Notes under the pieces: model-generated | What the model was told of the DNA's origin: nothing | What the model saw: the letters and a program-made list of their open reading frames with translations, nothing else | Databases searched by the model: none | Position numbers and translations under genes: made by a program | DNA from: an uncultured Acidimicrobiales bacterium | GTDB lineage: Bacteria; Actinomycetota; Acidimicrobiia; Acidimicrobiales; Bin134 | Reading direction: 5' to 3' | NCBI GenBank assembly: GCA_951813555.1 | Contig: OX638344.1 | Location: forward strand, 2,854,475 to 2,918,474 | Length of the DNA: 64,000 nt | Part shown: positions 37,714 through 47,236 of the stretch, one piece after another | Numbering within the stretch: position 1 is the stretch's first letter | How the letters are laid out: every line of letters begins with the position of its first letter

Positions 37714-39237
37714 TCACACCATCCACTCGATGAGATCCACCGGGACCGGCTTGGCACTGGCCGGCGCCTCGATCTCGGCAGTCTGCCGACCATCACGCAA
37801 CACGATGATGCGATTGGCAAGCCCGATAGCTTCTTCGAGCGTGTCGGCAAGCAACATGACCCCGACACCGCGGTCCGCGGCGTCGCGGATGACCTCATAA
37901 ACATCTGCTTTGGCACCCACATCGAGCCCACGGGAAGGGGTCTCAGCGACCAGCACCCGGAGTCGGTTGGACAAAAGCCATTTGGCGAGTACGACCTTTT
38001 GCTGATTTCCGCCGCTGAGTGATCGCATGGGCACGTCGATTCCCGGGGTCTTGACACTCAGCCGCTCGACCCACTCCTTGGTCGCCGCCCGCTCCCGCCG
38101 ACGCGAGACCATGTGCGAGGTGGCGAATTCGTCGAGGTAGGCAAGCGTGAGGTTCTCGCGCAACGACAGGCTCAAGAGCGCGCCGTCGGTCTTTCGCTCA
38201 GATGGCACATAGCCGATGCCGAGCTTGGCGGAATCGGAAGGGCGGCGGATGGCCGCGGGAGCACCGTCGATCACGATCTTGCCAGAACTTCGTTCCGAAA
38301 CGCCCACTACCCCACGGGCGACGGCCTCGGTACCCGACCCCTCGGTGCCTACGAAGGCAACAACTTCACCCCCGCGGAGCTCGAAAGACAGTGGCTCCCT
38401 CATCCCCTTAACCAAGAGATCTGTCACCCGAAGCCGTACTGGGCCGAAGTCAGAGCGCTGGCGCTCGATACCGAAATAGTCATCGCTATGTTCGGCACCG
38501 ACCATCAGCAGGTGCAGATCGTGCTCGGTCGCGCCTTCGGGACGGCACTCGGCAACGACCTCGCCGTCTCTGAGGACATATACCCGGTCGCTGATCCGCA
38601 ACACTTCGTCGAGACGATGTGATATGAACACCACCGCACTGTCTTGTCGGAGCTTTTCGATGAGCGAAATGAGCCGCTCTAGGTCATCTCCCTCAAGAAC
38701 CGACGTCGGCTCGTCGAGAAGCACCACCGGAGCTTGGCCCGAACTCTGGCCGATGAGCAGCACCTTTGCTATCTCGATCAACTGACGCTGCACGAATGTG
38801 AGGTCTTCAACAACTGTGTTCGGGTCTAGGTCGATTCCTACCGGTTCAAGTGCTTGGAGCGCGAGACGGCGACGTTTAGAGCGGCGTATCACTCCGAATC
38901 GGGTTAGTGCCGCCTCGCGGCCGAGAAAGAGGTTTTCAGCGATGGTGAGGTTGGGAATAACCGACTGCTCCTGGAAAACCATTCCGATGCCCTTGGCTGT
39001 CGCGTCGCGAACTCCTCGCAAATGCATGATTTCGCCATTGATCAAGACCTTCCCTGATGTCGGAGCTTCGACTCCGGTCAGAATCTTCAACAAGGTCGAC
39101 TTCCCCGCACCGTTTTCGCCAATGAGTCCTAGTACCTCCCCGACCCGAAGCTCGATAGACACACCCGCAAGTGCGACGGTCCCCGGATACTCTTTGACAA
39201 GATCCCTGACAGCCAAGATCGGCACCTGCGAATTCAT
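37714..39237 (-). CDS. Sugar ABC transporter ATP-binding protein, duplicated ATPase (RbsA/MglA type)
   Basis: Two cassettes: GENGAGKSTLLKIL ... LDEPTSVL and LSGGNQQKVVLAKWL ... Its ATG overlaps the upstream permease stop (ATGA at 39234-39237). Confidence 0.9.
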   Translation of the reverse strand: MNSQVPILAVRDLVKEYPGTVALAGVSIELRVGEVLGLIGENGAGKSTLLKILTGVEAPTSGKVLINGEIMHLRGVRDATAKGIGMVFQEQSVIPNLTIAENLFLGREAALTRFGVIRRSKRRRLALQALEPVGIDLDPNTVVEDLTFVQRQLIEIAKVLLIGQSSGQAPVVLLDEPTSVLEGDDLERLISLIEKLRQDSAVVFISHRLDEVLRISDRVYVLRDGEVVAECRPEGATEHDLHLLMVGAEHSDDYFGIERQRSDFGPVRLRVTDLLVKGMREPLSFELRGGEVVAFVGTEGSGTEAVARGVVGVSERSSGKIVIDGAPAAIRRPSDSAKLGIGYVPSERKTDGALLSLSLRENLTLAYLDEFATSHMVSRRRERAATKEWVERLSVKTPGIDVPMRSLSGGNQQKVVLAKWLLSNRLRVLVAETPSRGLDVGAKADVYEVIRDAADRGVGVMLLADTLEEAIGLANRIIVLRDGRQTAEIEAPASAKPVPVDLIEWMV

Positions 39238-40292
39238 GCCACTACTCGCAGTTTCGCTCTGGCCGACCAATTCATCGCGATCACCGCGGCGACGACAATC
39301 GCCCCCTCGACCGCATCCTGAAGGAAGGGGTCTACACCCGCCAGGACCATGCCATTTCGCAACACAATCATGATGATGATCCCCACGCTGCTTTGGAGAA
39401 CTCCCCCGCGGCCACCTGACAACAACGTCCCTCCCAGCACCACGCCAGCGATGGTGGTGAAGAGGCGCCCCTGAGAGGCCGTGACATCGGCGACACCAGC
39501 ACGCCCTAGGGCAAATGCGCCACCGAGCCCTGAAAGCACCCCGGCCATGGTGAACACCATGACCTTCACCCTCCGGACATGGACACCACTTTGCGACGCG
39601 AGTTCTTCGTTTCCTCCGATTGCGTAGATGTGACGGCCTAGCCGGGTGTGGCGCAGCAGGAGAAAGCCGAGCGCTACCACGATTACCGCGATAAAGAACA
39701 TCTGCTGAACGCCCAAGCGCTGCACCGTGACCCAGTTCCGTGCCTCGAGATCAATCCTGGGAGGTTGTCGGCCCAATAGGCGCTGGGCGACGCCGATGCC
39801 GACGAACCACATTCCAAACGTGACCATGAAAGACGGAATGCGCAAGTAGGCGTTCACCATGCCGTTTACTGCTCCAAATGCTGCGCCTATCGCCAGTCCG
39901 ACGATGATCGCCAACACGCCAAGATCGAGATCATTGACATTGTTGGCGGCCATGAGAGCGACGCTGAACATCGTGGCGACCATTACTCCCTCGATCGAGA
40001 GGTCGATGGCTCCGAGCAGAATCACCATGGCCAATCCCACGCCGAGTACAAGTGGAATGGCGCTTTGATTTGCAATCGTCTTGATATTGGCAGCGGTGGC
40101 GAACTTGCTGTTGACAATGGTGAGAACCAGCACCAACGCACCAAGGGTGATAACCGGACCCCAAGCTGCGAGCATCCTCCGTCGCCGTGGTGTGAGCCAG
40201 TCCGCCCCGGACGGCGAATCAGGCAACGCTGATGCGCTATCGGCGAGATAGTCGGTCTGCACCACCAAGCTCACCTCCCCCGTCCTGCACAT
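39234..40292 (-). CDS. Sugar ABC transporter permease (RbsC/AraH type)
   Basis: Hydrophobic 352 aa and first gene of the operon. The exact start is uncertain. Confidence 0.8.
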   Translation of the reverse strand: MCRTGEVSLVVQTDYLADSASALPDSPSGADWLTPRRRRMLAAWGPVITLGALVLVLTIVNSKFATAANIKTIANQSAIPLVLGVGLAMVILLGAIDLSIEGVMVATMFSVALMAANNVNDLDLGVLAIIVGLAIGAAFGAVNGMVNAYLRIPSFMVTFGMWFVGIGVAQRLLGRQPPRIDLEARNWVTVQRLGVQQMFFIAVIVVALGFLLLRHTRLGRHIYAIGGNEELASQSGVHVRRVKVMVFTMAGVLSGLGGAFALGRAGVADVTASQGRLFTTIAGVVLGGTLLSGGRGGVLQSSVGIIIMIVLRNGMVLAGVDPFLQDAVEGAIVVAAVIAMNWSARAKLRVVA

Positions 40293-40301
40293 TACGCCGC
40301 A

Positions 40302-40313
40302 AGAAACCGATTT
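40302..40313. promoter_or_regulatory. Candidate LacI operator 2 (AGAAACCGATTT)
   Basis: Lies 10 nt upstream of the permease ATG at 40292 and shares the AGAAAyCGAT core. Confidence 0.4.
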
Positions 40314-40412
40314 ATAGTCGAGTCATGTCACACGGTCAAACATCTGTTGCTAGATCAGTCGGGGCAGATCGTCCAATGGGGCAGCCATTTGACGAAAACG
40401 AAGTCGCCGTAT

Positions 40413-40424
40413 AGAAATCGATTA
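40413..40424. promoter_or_regulatory. Candidate LacI operator 3 (AGAAATCGATTA, contains the AATCGATT palindrome)
   Basis: Ends 2 nt before the SDR ATG at 40426 and shares the AGAAAyCGAT core. Confidence 0.4.
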
Positions 40425-40425
40425 C

Positions 40426-41181
40426 ATGACATCCTGTGTGGCAGTGGTCACCGGTGGAGCATCGGGCATCGGTGCGGCCATTGCGCGCCGACTTGCCGGC
40501 GACGGATTCACGGTCGCGATTCTCGACCGAAACCGTGAGGATGCCGAGGCGGTCGCAGCTGATATCTCGCAATCGAAGAGGACCAGAGCCATCGCCCTGG
40601 AAACCGACATCACCGCTGCGGCGTCGGTCATCACCGCAGTCGAGACTGTCGTCAGGGAGTTCGGTCGGATCGATGTGTTGGTCAACAACGCTGGTTATGG
40701 GATCGCCAAGGGCATCGACGACACAACCGAGCACGACTGGGATGCCCTCATGGCCACGAATGTCAAAGGAGCATTCTTGTGCGCCCAGGCGTGTGTACCT
40801 TTCCTGCGTACTACCCGGGGCACGATAGTCAATATCGGATCTGTTGCGGGCCATGTCGGGCTCCCCAACCGGGTGGCATACTGCACCTCCAAGGCGGCGA
40901 TACACGGACTGACCAAAGCTCTCGCTGTAGACCTCGCCTCCGACGGGGTCCGGGTCAACGCGGTTGCGCCCGGAACGGTCATGGGCCCGTTCTATGACAA
41001 GCTCCGCGGCCCTGAGGAGACCCGAGAGACCTTTCACAAGCGTCTGGCATCGCGCCAGCTCATGGGACGCTGGGGCGAGCCTGAGGAGATTGCCTCCGCA
41101 GTGGCTTTTATGGCCGGCTCCGGGGCCTCGTTCGCAACCGGTTCCATTCTGGTGATCGACGGCGGGCTTTCAGCCCAGTGA
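40426..41181 (+). CDS. SDR family oxidoreductase (FabG-like)
   Basis: VAVVTGGASGIGAA, NNAG, YCTSKAAIHGLTK, PGTV. Confidence 0.88.
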   Translation: MTSCVAVVTGGASGIGAAIARRLAGDGFTVAILDRNREDAEAVAADISQSKRTRAIALETDITAAASVITAVETVVREFGRIDVLVNNAGYGIAKGIDDTTEHDWDALMATNVKGAFLCAQACVPFLRTTRGTIVNIGSVAGHVGLPNRVAYCTSKAAIHGLTKALAVDLASDGVRVNAVAPGTVMGPFYDKLRGPEETRETFHKRLASRQLMGRWGEPEEIASAVAFMAGSGASFATGSILVIDGGLSAQ

Positions 41182-41197
41182 AACCCGAAAGAACTCC

Positions 41198-42694
41198 GTG
41201 AAGGCGACCATTCTCGAACCCGACGACGCAATTGCATCGATTCGCAATGGCGCCACAATCGCATTCGCTGCGTCGGGAGGAGGCTTGCTCGAGCCCGACG
41301 CGCTGTGCCAGGCGATTCGGCGTCGCTACGAGAATACCGGGGAGCCCCGGGATTTGACGTTGGTACACGCACTCGGGATTGGCGACGGCCAGGTGAGGGG
41401 GCTCAACGCGTTCGGTGCTGAGGGAATGGTGAGGAGCGTCATCGGCGGACATTGGAGTTGGGCCCCGTCACTACAGCACTTGGCCAAGGCGGGCCATGTA
41501 GAAGCACATGTGTGGCCCGCTGGAGTCATCTCTGCTTGGCTGCGAGAACTCGGGGCGCGCCGTCCCGGGTTGATCACGCAAACCGGAATCGACACCTTCG
41601 TTGATCCCGTCGAATCTCCCGACTCCATGGTGGAGCGAATCTCCCTAGACGGAGTCGACCATTTGTGGTTCCGGCCCACCAACATCGATGTCGCGATCGT
41701 ACGCGCCAGCCGCTCCGACACGGCCGGCAATCTTGTATTCGACCGCGAAGCCGCCAAGCTTGATGTGCTAGCCGCCGCTCAAGCCGCAACGGCCAATGGC
41801 GGCGCAGTTATCGCCCAGGTGGAAGAGGTTGTCGAGCTTGGCGACCTCGACCCCCGAGCGATCCACGTGCCAGGTTTGCTAGTTGACATTGTGGTACCTG
41901 TTGCCAACCAGTGGCAGACATATGCCAGCAAATATGACCCAACCCTGTCCGGCGAGCTCCGTGCCACAAACATCTCACTAACGGAGACCGACCATCTCGG
42001 AAAGCGCATCGTTGCTAGACGTGCTGCACAGGAGGTAATCGACGGTGAGATCATCGCCCTAGGATTCGGCGCATCCGCCGACGTTATCGGGGTTCTTGCC
42101 GCCGAGAATCGGCTTGACGCCGTAACAATCTGCATCGAGCAAGGCCACATCGGGGGCGTACCCGAAGCGGGTGACCTATTCGGAGCTGCCCGCAACTCCC
42201 AGGCAATCCTCTCCTCCACAGACACCTTTGACATCATCGGAGGCGGGATACTAGACCTAGCGCTCCTTGGAATGGGAGAAACCGATGCAACTGGTGCCAT
42301 CAACGTCAGCCACCTAGGAACTGTCGTAGGGCCCGGAGGATTCATCGACATTGCCCAGAACGCTGCCCGACTCGTCTTCTGCGGCACTTTCACTGCGAAG
42401 GGGCTTCACCTCTCAATCAGCGATGGGCAACTTCGCATCGAAAGCGAAGGCAGCATCCAGAAGTTTGTCGACGCTGTCCAGGCAGCCAGCGTGCGTACCG
42501 CAAGCCCGGCTTGCCGTGCCACCTCAGTCACTTGGATCACCGAGCGGGCCGTATTCGAGTTCACTCAAGGGGAACTCGAACTCGTCGAGGTCGCGCCCGG
42601 CATCTCCATTGCCGATGACATCATCGCCCACATGGGATTTGCCCCCAGAGTGAAGAACCCCCGATTGATGAACCCAGCCCTCTTCGAAGTCTGA
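41198..42694 (+). CDS. Family I acyl-CoA:acetate/3-ketoacid CoA-transferase (fused, YdiF/propionate CoA-transferase-like)
   Basis: 498 aa. N-terminus AIASIRNGATIAFAASGGGLLEPDAL..., internal glutamate region SEGSIQKFV..., and a length typical of fused alpha-beta family I enzymes. Confidence 0.75.
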   Translation: MKATILEPDDAIASIRNGATIAFAASGGGLLEPDALCQAIRRRYENTGEPRDLTLVHALGIGDGQVRGLNAFGAEGMVRSVIGGHWSWAPSLQHLAKAGHVEAHVWPAGVISAWLRELGARRPGLITQTGIDTFVDPVESPDSMVERISLDGVDHLWFRPTNIDVAIVRASRSDTAGNLVFDREAAKLDVLAAAQAATANGGAVIAQVEEVVELGDLDPRAIHVPGLLVDIVVPVANQWQTYASKYDPTLSGELRATNISLTETDHLGKRIVARRAAQEVIDGEIIALGFGASADVIGVLAAENRLDAVTICIEQGHIGGVPEAGDLFGAARNSQAILSSTDTFDIIGGGILDLALLGMGETDATGAINVSHLGTVVGPGGFIDIAQNAARLVFCGTFTAKGLHLSISDGQLRIESEGSIQKFVDAVQAASVRTASPACRATSVTWITERAVFEFTQGELELVEVAPGISIADDIIAHMGFAPRVKNPRLMNPALFEV

Positions 42695-42715
42695 AACGAT
42701 CGCCGAGGTCGCCCC

Positions 42716-43846
42716 ATGCCAGTCAACCAACTCCTCAGGGAAACGGTCGAGCGATTCGCACGAGACAGGGTCAGACCGCGCGCCGAACAACTCGATACGA
42801 CAGAGGAATTCCCTGCCGACCTTTACGAGGAGATGGGAGAACTCGGCCTTCTGGGAATCACCGTGCCCGAAACCGACGGAGGCGTCGGAGGCACCGTGCT
42901 TGACTACACGACCGTCATGGAAGAACTCGCCTACGGCTACGCATCGGTAGCTGACCAGTGCGGCCTAGTTGAGTTGATCACCTCGCTGCTGACGACATTC
43001 GGGACACCCGCCCAGAAAAACCTGTACATGGCTGGGCTCCAAGATGCCAGCATCCGGCCTGCCTACGCCCTGACCGAAGCTGAATCCGGCTCGGATCTTG
43101 CTTCCATCAAAACACGGGCGGTGCGCGAGGGAGAGTCTTGGATCCTCAATGGAGAAAAGGTGTACATCCACAACGCACCAATCGCAGATATGGCCGTTGT
43201 GCTTGCGGTTACCGACCCTGAGGCCCGCTCCAGCCGACGACTCTCGATGTTTCTCGTTGACATAGAGGCGACTGACGGTGCCGAGAGGGCTTACAAAGAG
43301 CACAAAATGGGCCAGCGGGCATCTCAGGTGGGGGGGTTCGTATTCACCGACGCACGGCTCGATGCCAATGGCCTCCTCGGCGAAGAAGGGACTGGTTTCC
43401 CGGCGATGATGAATGTACTGGACAAGGGCCGTGTTGGGATCGCCGCCCTTGCTCTTGGGATCCATCGTGCCGCCCTCGACGCCGCCGTCACCTACGCCAA
43501 AGAACGCAAGCAGTTCGGCCAGCCCATAGGGGATCACCAGGGAATCGCCTTCCAGATTGCCGACATGGCTACCGACTATCAGGCGTCGCGCCAGCTCATC
43601 CTCCACGCAGCCAATGCACTCGACTCCGGCGAGCCGGCGGCCAAGCTTTGCTCAATGGCCAAACTCTTCGCTTCAGAAAAAGCGGTGCGCCACACTTCCA
43701 CCGCCGTTCAGGTCCACGGAGGGAGCGGCTACATTCGCGGGGTCGAGGTAGAACGTCTGTACCGTGACGCTCGTATCACAATGATCTACGAGGGAACTAG
43801 CGAGATCCAGCGCATGATCATCTCCCGAGCCCTATTGCGCGACTAG
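42716..43846 (+). CDS. Acyl-CoA dehydrogenase
   Basis: PAYALTEAESGSD, ending in QVHGGSGYIRGVEVERLYRDARITMIYEGTSEIQR. Confidence 0.9.
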   Translation: MPVNQLLRETVERFARDRVRPRAEQLDTTEEFPADLYEEMGELGLLGITVPETDGGVGGTVLDYTTVMEELAYGYASVADQCGLVELITSLLTTFGTPAQKNLYMAGLQDASIRPAYALTEAESGSDLASIKTRAVREGESWILNGEKVYIHNAPIADMAVVLAVTDPEARSSRRLSMFLVDIEATDGAERAYKEHKMGQRASQVGGFVFTDARLDANGLLGEEGTGFPAMMNVLDKGRVGIAALALGIHRAALDAAVTYAKERKQFGQPIGDHQGIAFQIADMATDYQASRQLILHAANALDSGEPAAKLCSMAKLFASEKAVRHTSTAVQVHGGSGYIRGVEVERLYRDARITMIYEGTSEIQRMIISRALLRD

Positions 43847-43868
43847 AAGCCCCCTTTCGCCAGAAGTA

Positions 43869-44954
43869 TCACATGTCGCCAAGTTGTAGCCCGAGCGCTC
43901 CCAAGTAGGACTCGACACGCCAACGGGCCAACTCGGGATCGGAGAAAAGGCCGATGTCGTCGGCAAGTCGCCACAGGGCGAAATAGTGAGCGACCGAGCG
44001 CCCCGATTCCGCACCGCCGACCATTCGGAAGTGGGTTTGGAACCCACCGAGGTAGGCGAGCCAAACCACTCCAGCCTTGTAGAACTGCGTCGGTGTCTCG
44101 AACAGTCGCTTGGCCAGTGGAATGGTCGGCTGGAGCAGACAGCGATACTCAGACTCGTCGCCACCCTCGAGCGCGGCCAGCGCGCGGGCGGCTATGGGCG
44201 CGAGCGGGTCGAACACCCCTAGAAGGGCGTCGCTGTGACCTTTATCGTCGCCGGCAATCAGATCCACAAAGTTGAAGTCGTCCCCCGTATACAGCCGCAC
44301 GCCGTCGGGTAAGCGACGCCTGAACGCAATCTCGAAGTCGGCATCAAGGCGCGATAACTTGACTCCATCCACCCGGCCCGAGGCGCAAAGCTCTAACACC
44401 ACTTCCGCGGCCTCATTGATCGAGTGCGGTGACCAATAGCCGAAGAATGCAGGATCGAACATCTCCCCCAACCAGTGGAGGATTACGGGGCGGCGGGCAC
44501 CTTCAAGAACCTCTCGGTAGACCGACAGGTAATCTTCAGCGCTCGAAGCAGATGCCGCGAGTTGGCGACTGCACATGACGACTCCGATTCCGCCACGGGC
44601 CTCCACAAATTCGAGCTGCTCGAGATATGCCTCTGCCAATGCTGACAGTCCAACACCTGCACCCGGCGGCAGTTGATCGGTAACCACCCCGCAGGCGATC
44701 GGAGCCTGATCTCCAAGTTCGTTCAACGTGGCATCAATGAGCTTCTGGGCGATTGCCCAATCGACTCCCATACCTCGCTGGGCAGTGTCCATCGCTTCCG
44801 CGATGCCAAGTCCCAAACTCGAAAGGTGGCGGCGAAACGCCAGCGTGGCTTCGAAGTCGATTGTTGCACCAGCCTCCGACTGGCTCGACACCGCTGGGAC
44901 AGCCACAACGTGAGCAGCCGCAAACGCCGACCGCTGCCCACTTGTTTCATTCAT
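43869..44954 (-). CDS. DUF993 family protein (DapA-like TIM barrel)
   Basis: AFAAAHVVA...IDFEATLAFRRHLSSLGLGIAEAMDTAQRGMGVDW is close to the DUF993 signature as I recall it. ATG at 44952-44954. Confidence 0.7.
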   Translation of the reverse strand: MNETSGQRSAFAAAHVVAVPAVSSQSEAGATIDFEATLAFRRHLSSLGLGIAEAMDTAQRGMGVDWAIAQKLIDATLNELGDQAPIACGVVTDQLPPGAGVGLSALAEAYLEQLEFVEARGGIGVVMCSRQLAASASSAEDYLSVYREVLEGARRPVILHWLGEMFDPAFFGYWSPHSINEAAEVVLELCASGRVDGVKLSRLDADFEIAFRRRLPDGVRLYTGDDFNFVDLIAGDDKGHSDALLGVFDPLAPIAARALAALEGGDESEYRCLLQPTIPLAKRLFETPTQFYKAGVVWLAYLGGFQTHFRMVGGAESGRSVAHYFALWRLADDIGLFSDPELARWRVESYLGALGLQLGDM

Positions 44955-45187
44955 GGCTCGCCTTCTTTCCAGCAATCGGTTTCTGCAAGCTATCTGTAGC
45001 TCTCGGTCTCAGCCAAGACACTCACGGCACAGCAACCATCACGAGCGACTTTTCGCTTTCTACTCCTACTCCGACAACGCGCCGAGAAGGCAGGGAATTG
45101 CCGTCGGTGAATCCCCCCTCACCCACCGGCATGCTCGCATAATGCACTACCCTCCTGCCCAACACCGCAATAGGGCATCGTGTTCAC

Positions 45188-45901
45188 ATGAACCAATCAC
45201 AAACCAAGGTCGCCGTCGTAACCGGAGCAGCAGGCGGGGTCGGAGCCCGAATCCTCGCAGACCTCACCCACCACGGGATAGAAGCCATCGGACTCGATCT
45301 ACGCCTACAGGCAGATCAACCTGGACGCTTGTTGAGTTGTGACATCACTGAACCCGACAATGTCGACTGCGTCATGGCCGACATCGCTAACCAATTCGGC
45401 AAGATCGATGTCCTGGTCAACAATGCTGGAATCCTCGAGGAATCACCGCTCGAAGACTGCGACCCTGAACTGTGGCACCGCACCCTTGCCGTGAACCTTA
45501 CCGGCGCCTACTACTGCATCCGTGCCGCTCTCCCCCACCTTCGCAGATCCGACGCTGCCTCCGTAGTGAACATTGGATCCCAACTCGCCTTCAAGGGCGC
45601 CCCAAACACTGCGGCCTACAGTGCATCCAAGGCAGGACTAATCGGGCTAACCCGCGCCCTGGCTGTCGAACTTGCACCGTCAATTCGCGTCAACGCCGTC
45701 GCTCCCGGCCCAATCGAGACTCCGATGATAGAGCCCTACGCGACACAAGCGTGGGTGGCGAGCCGTACCCGCTCGCTCGCGCTTGGACGCCTAGGCAGAC
45801 CAGATGAAGTGGCTAACGCAGTTCTGTTCCTGATATCAAGCGCCGCATCCTATTTCACGGGACAGACCCTCCACCCCAACGGCGGAGGTGTAATGCCATG
45901 A
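45188..45901 (+). CDS. SDR family oxidoreductase
   Basis: VAVVTGAAGGVGA, NNAG, YSASKAGLIGLTR, PGPIETPM. Confidence 0.88.
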   Translation: MNQSQTKVAVVTGAAGGVGARILADLTHHGIEAIGLDLRLQADQPGRLLSCDITEPDNVDCVMADIANQFGKIDVLVNNAGILEESPLEDCDPELWHRTLAVNLTGAYYCIRAALPHLRRSDAASVVNIGSQLAFKGAPNTAAYSASKAGLIGLTRALAVELAPSIRVNAVAPGPIETPMIEPYATQAWVASRTRSLALGRLGRPDEVANAVLFLISSAASYFTGQTLHPNGGGVMP

Positions 45902-46011
45902 GCCTTAAGATGCCCCACATTTAGACGCCCACACTTTGTCGGCCACGTCGGCGTATACGGACTCCACATCATGATCATGCGAGAGGTTTACGGGAGTGTG
46001 CTGGGCCTGTA

Positions 46012-46054
46012 TTGCCGCTCGCCCATGTCCGTCGCTAGACAGTCGCCATGCGAC
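46012..46054 (+). promoter_or_regulatory. Conserved promoter/operator-like block, copy 2
   Basis: TTGCCGC at 46012-46018. The 25-nt core at 46030-46054 is identical to 30745-30769. Its ATG (46048) is in frame with the downstream CDS. Confidence 0.5.
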
Positions 46055-47232
46055 GGATTGCTATACAACTGCTGGGCGCATTTCGACGGATCTCCCTCTT
46101 GTTCCGGAAAATGCGGGGTAAGACCCTCGACGACGTGGCCGAACAGCGGGTGGTCAGCGGCAAAGCGTGGGAGGAGTTCTGCGATTCCTTGAAAGCGGCG
46201 GGAGCGGCGATGAATTTCCCCGGCGCGCCGCGAGACCCGTTCAACCAGGCGGAGGGCTACCGGCACCTGAGCCGGCTCACCCGTGCCGGGCTGATGGCGT
46301 TCGTGGAGCACGCCGACCCCAAAGCGCCCGTGATACATCGCGTGGCCAACGAGACTACCAAGCTGGGCGCCGACAACCCCGACAACTACTACTACACGGC
46401 CTCATTGGACGGGAGCTACGACTACAAGATCACCGGGCGGCGCAACACCATCGCCTACCTGAGCATCGGAACGCAGTCGGGCAACTACGGCCAAGGCGGC
46501 GGTCTGCCCCCCACCGGACACATCGAAGCCGACCAGATCGACATGGACGCCGACGGGTGCTTCGAGCTGATCCTCAGCAGCACGCCGCAAGAGAGCAACT
46601 GGCTGCCGATGACGCCTGAGACCGGCACGTTGGTGGTGCGTCAGACCTTTGCCGACCGCAACACGGAAGTTTCCGCTGAGCTGGCCATCGAGCGCATCAA
46701 CTGTGCTCCCGAGGAACGCCAACCCTCACACCTCACGCCGAGAGCCTTGGATGAGGGCTTGAAGAACGTCGGGGCGCTGGTGATGGGCGCACCGCTGCTG
46801 TTCACCAAGTGGGCTCGAGACTTCTCCAAGCACAGCAACCAACTGCCGCAATTCGACCCCGACGTGTCACTGAACGCTGGCGGCGACCCCAACATCACCT
46901 ACTACCACAGCCACTGGGCGCTGGGGCCCGATGAGGCGCTGGTGATCGAAGCCACTCCCCCCGAATGCGAGTACTGGAACTTCCAGCTCAGCAACTACTG
47001 GATGGAATCGCTGGACTACCGCCACTACACGATCCACACCAACAGCCATCTTGCCCGCTGCGAAGCTGACGGGTCAGTGCGGCTGATCGTGGCCCACCGC
47101 GATCCGGGCCTGCCCAACTGGATCGAAACCGCAGGCCACTCGCTCGGCACCATGTCGTTCCGCTGGGTGCGGGCCACCGAGACTCCGCAGCCTCATTGTC
47201 GTGTAGTGCCGCTGAGCAGCCTGCGGGACTAG
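46048..47232 (+). CDS. Conserved hypothetical protein (possibly DUF1214-like)
   Basis: Long ORF with normal composition, NPDNYYY and YWNFQLSNYW motifs. The family call is tentative. The start is either 46048 (leaderless, inside the conserved block) or ATG 46111. Confidence 0.6.
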   Translation: MRRIAIQLLGAFRRISLLFRKMRGKTLDDVAEQRVVSGKAWEEFCDSLKAAGAAMNFPGAPRDPFNQAEGYRHLSRLTRAGLMAFVEHADPKAPVIHRVANETTKLGADNPDNYYYTASLDGSYDYKITGRRNTIAYLSIGTQSGNYGQGGGLPPTGHIEADQIDMDADGCFELILSSTPQESNWLPMTPETGTLVVRQTFADRNTEVSAELAIERINCAPEERQPSHLTPRALDEGLKNVGALVMGAPLLFTKWARDFSKHSNQLPQFDPDVSLNAGGDPNITYYHSHWALGPDEALVIEATPPECEYWNFQLSNYWMESLDYRHYTIHTNSHLARCEADGSVRLIVAHRDPGLPNWIETAGHSLGTMSFRWVRATETPQPHCRVVPLSSLRD

Positions 47233-47236
47233 CCGC

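Noticed and set aside
40349-40361. Possible third copy of the 25-nt conserved block (gctagatcagtcg versus gctagacagtcg)
   Set aside because: It matches only 12 nt and needs a 1-nt indel. It lacks the TTGCCGC box and the GTCGCcatGCGAC palindrome, so it is likely chance. The ctagaca at 56580-56586 was dismissed for the same reason.
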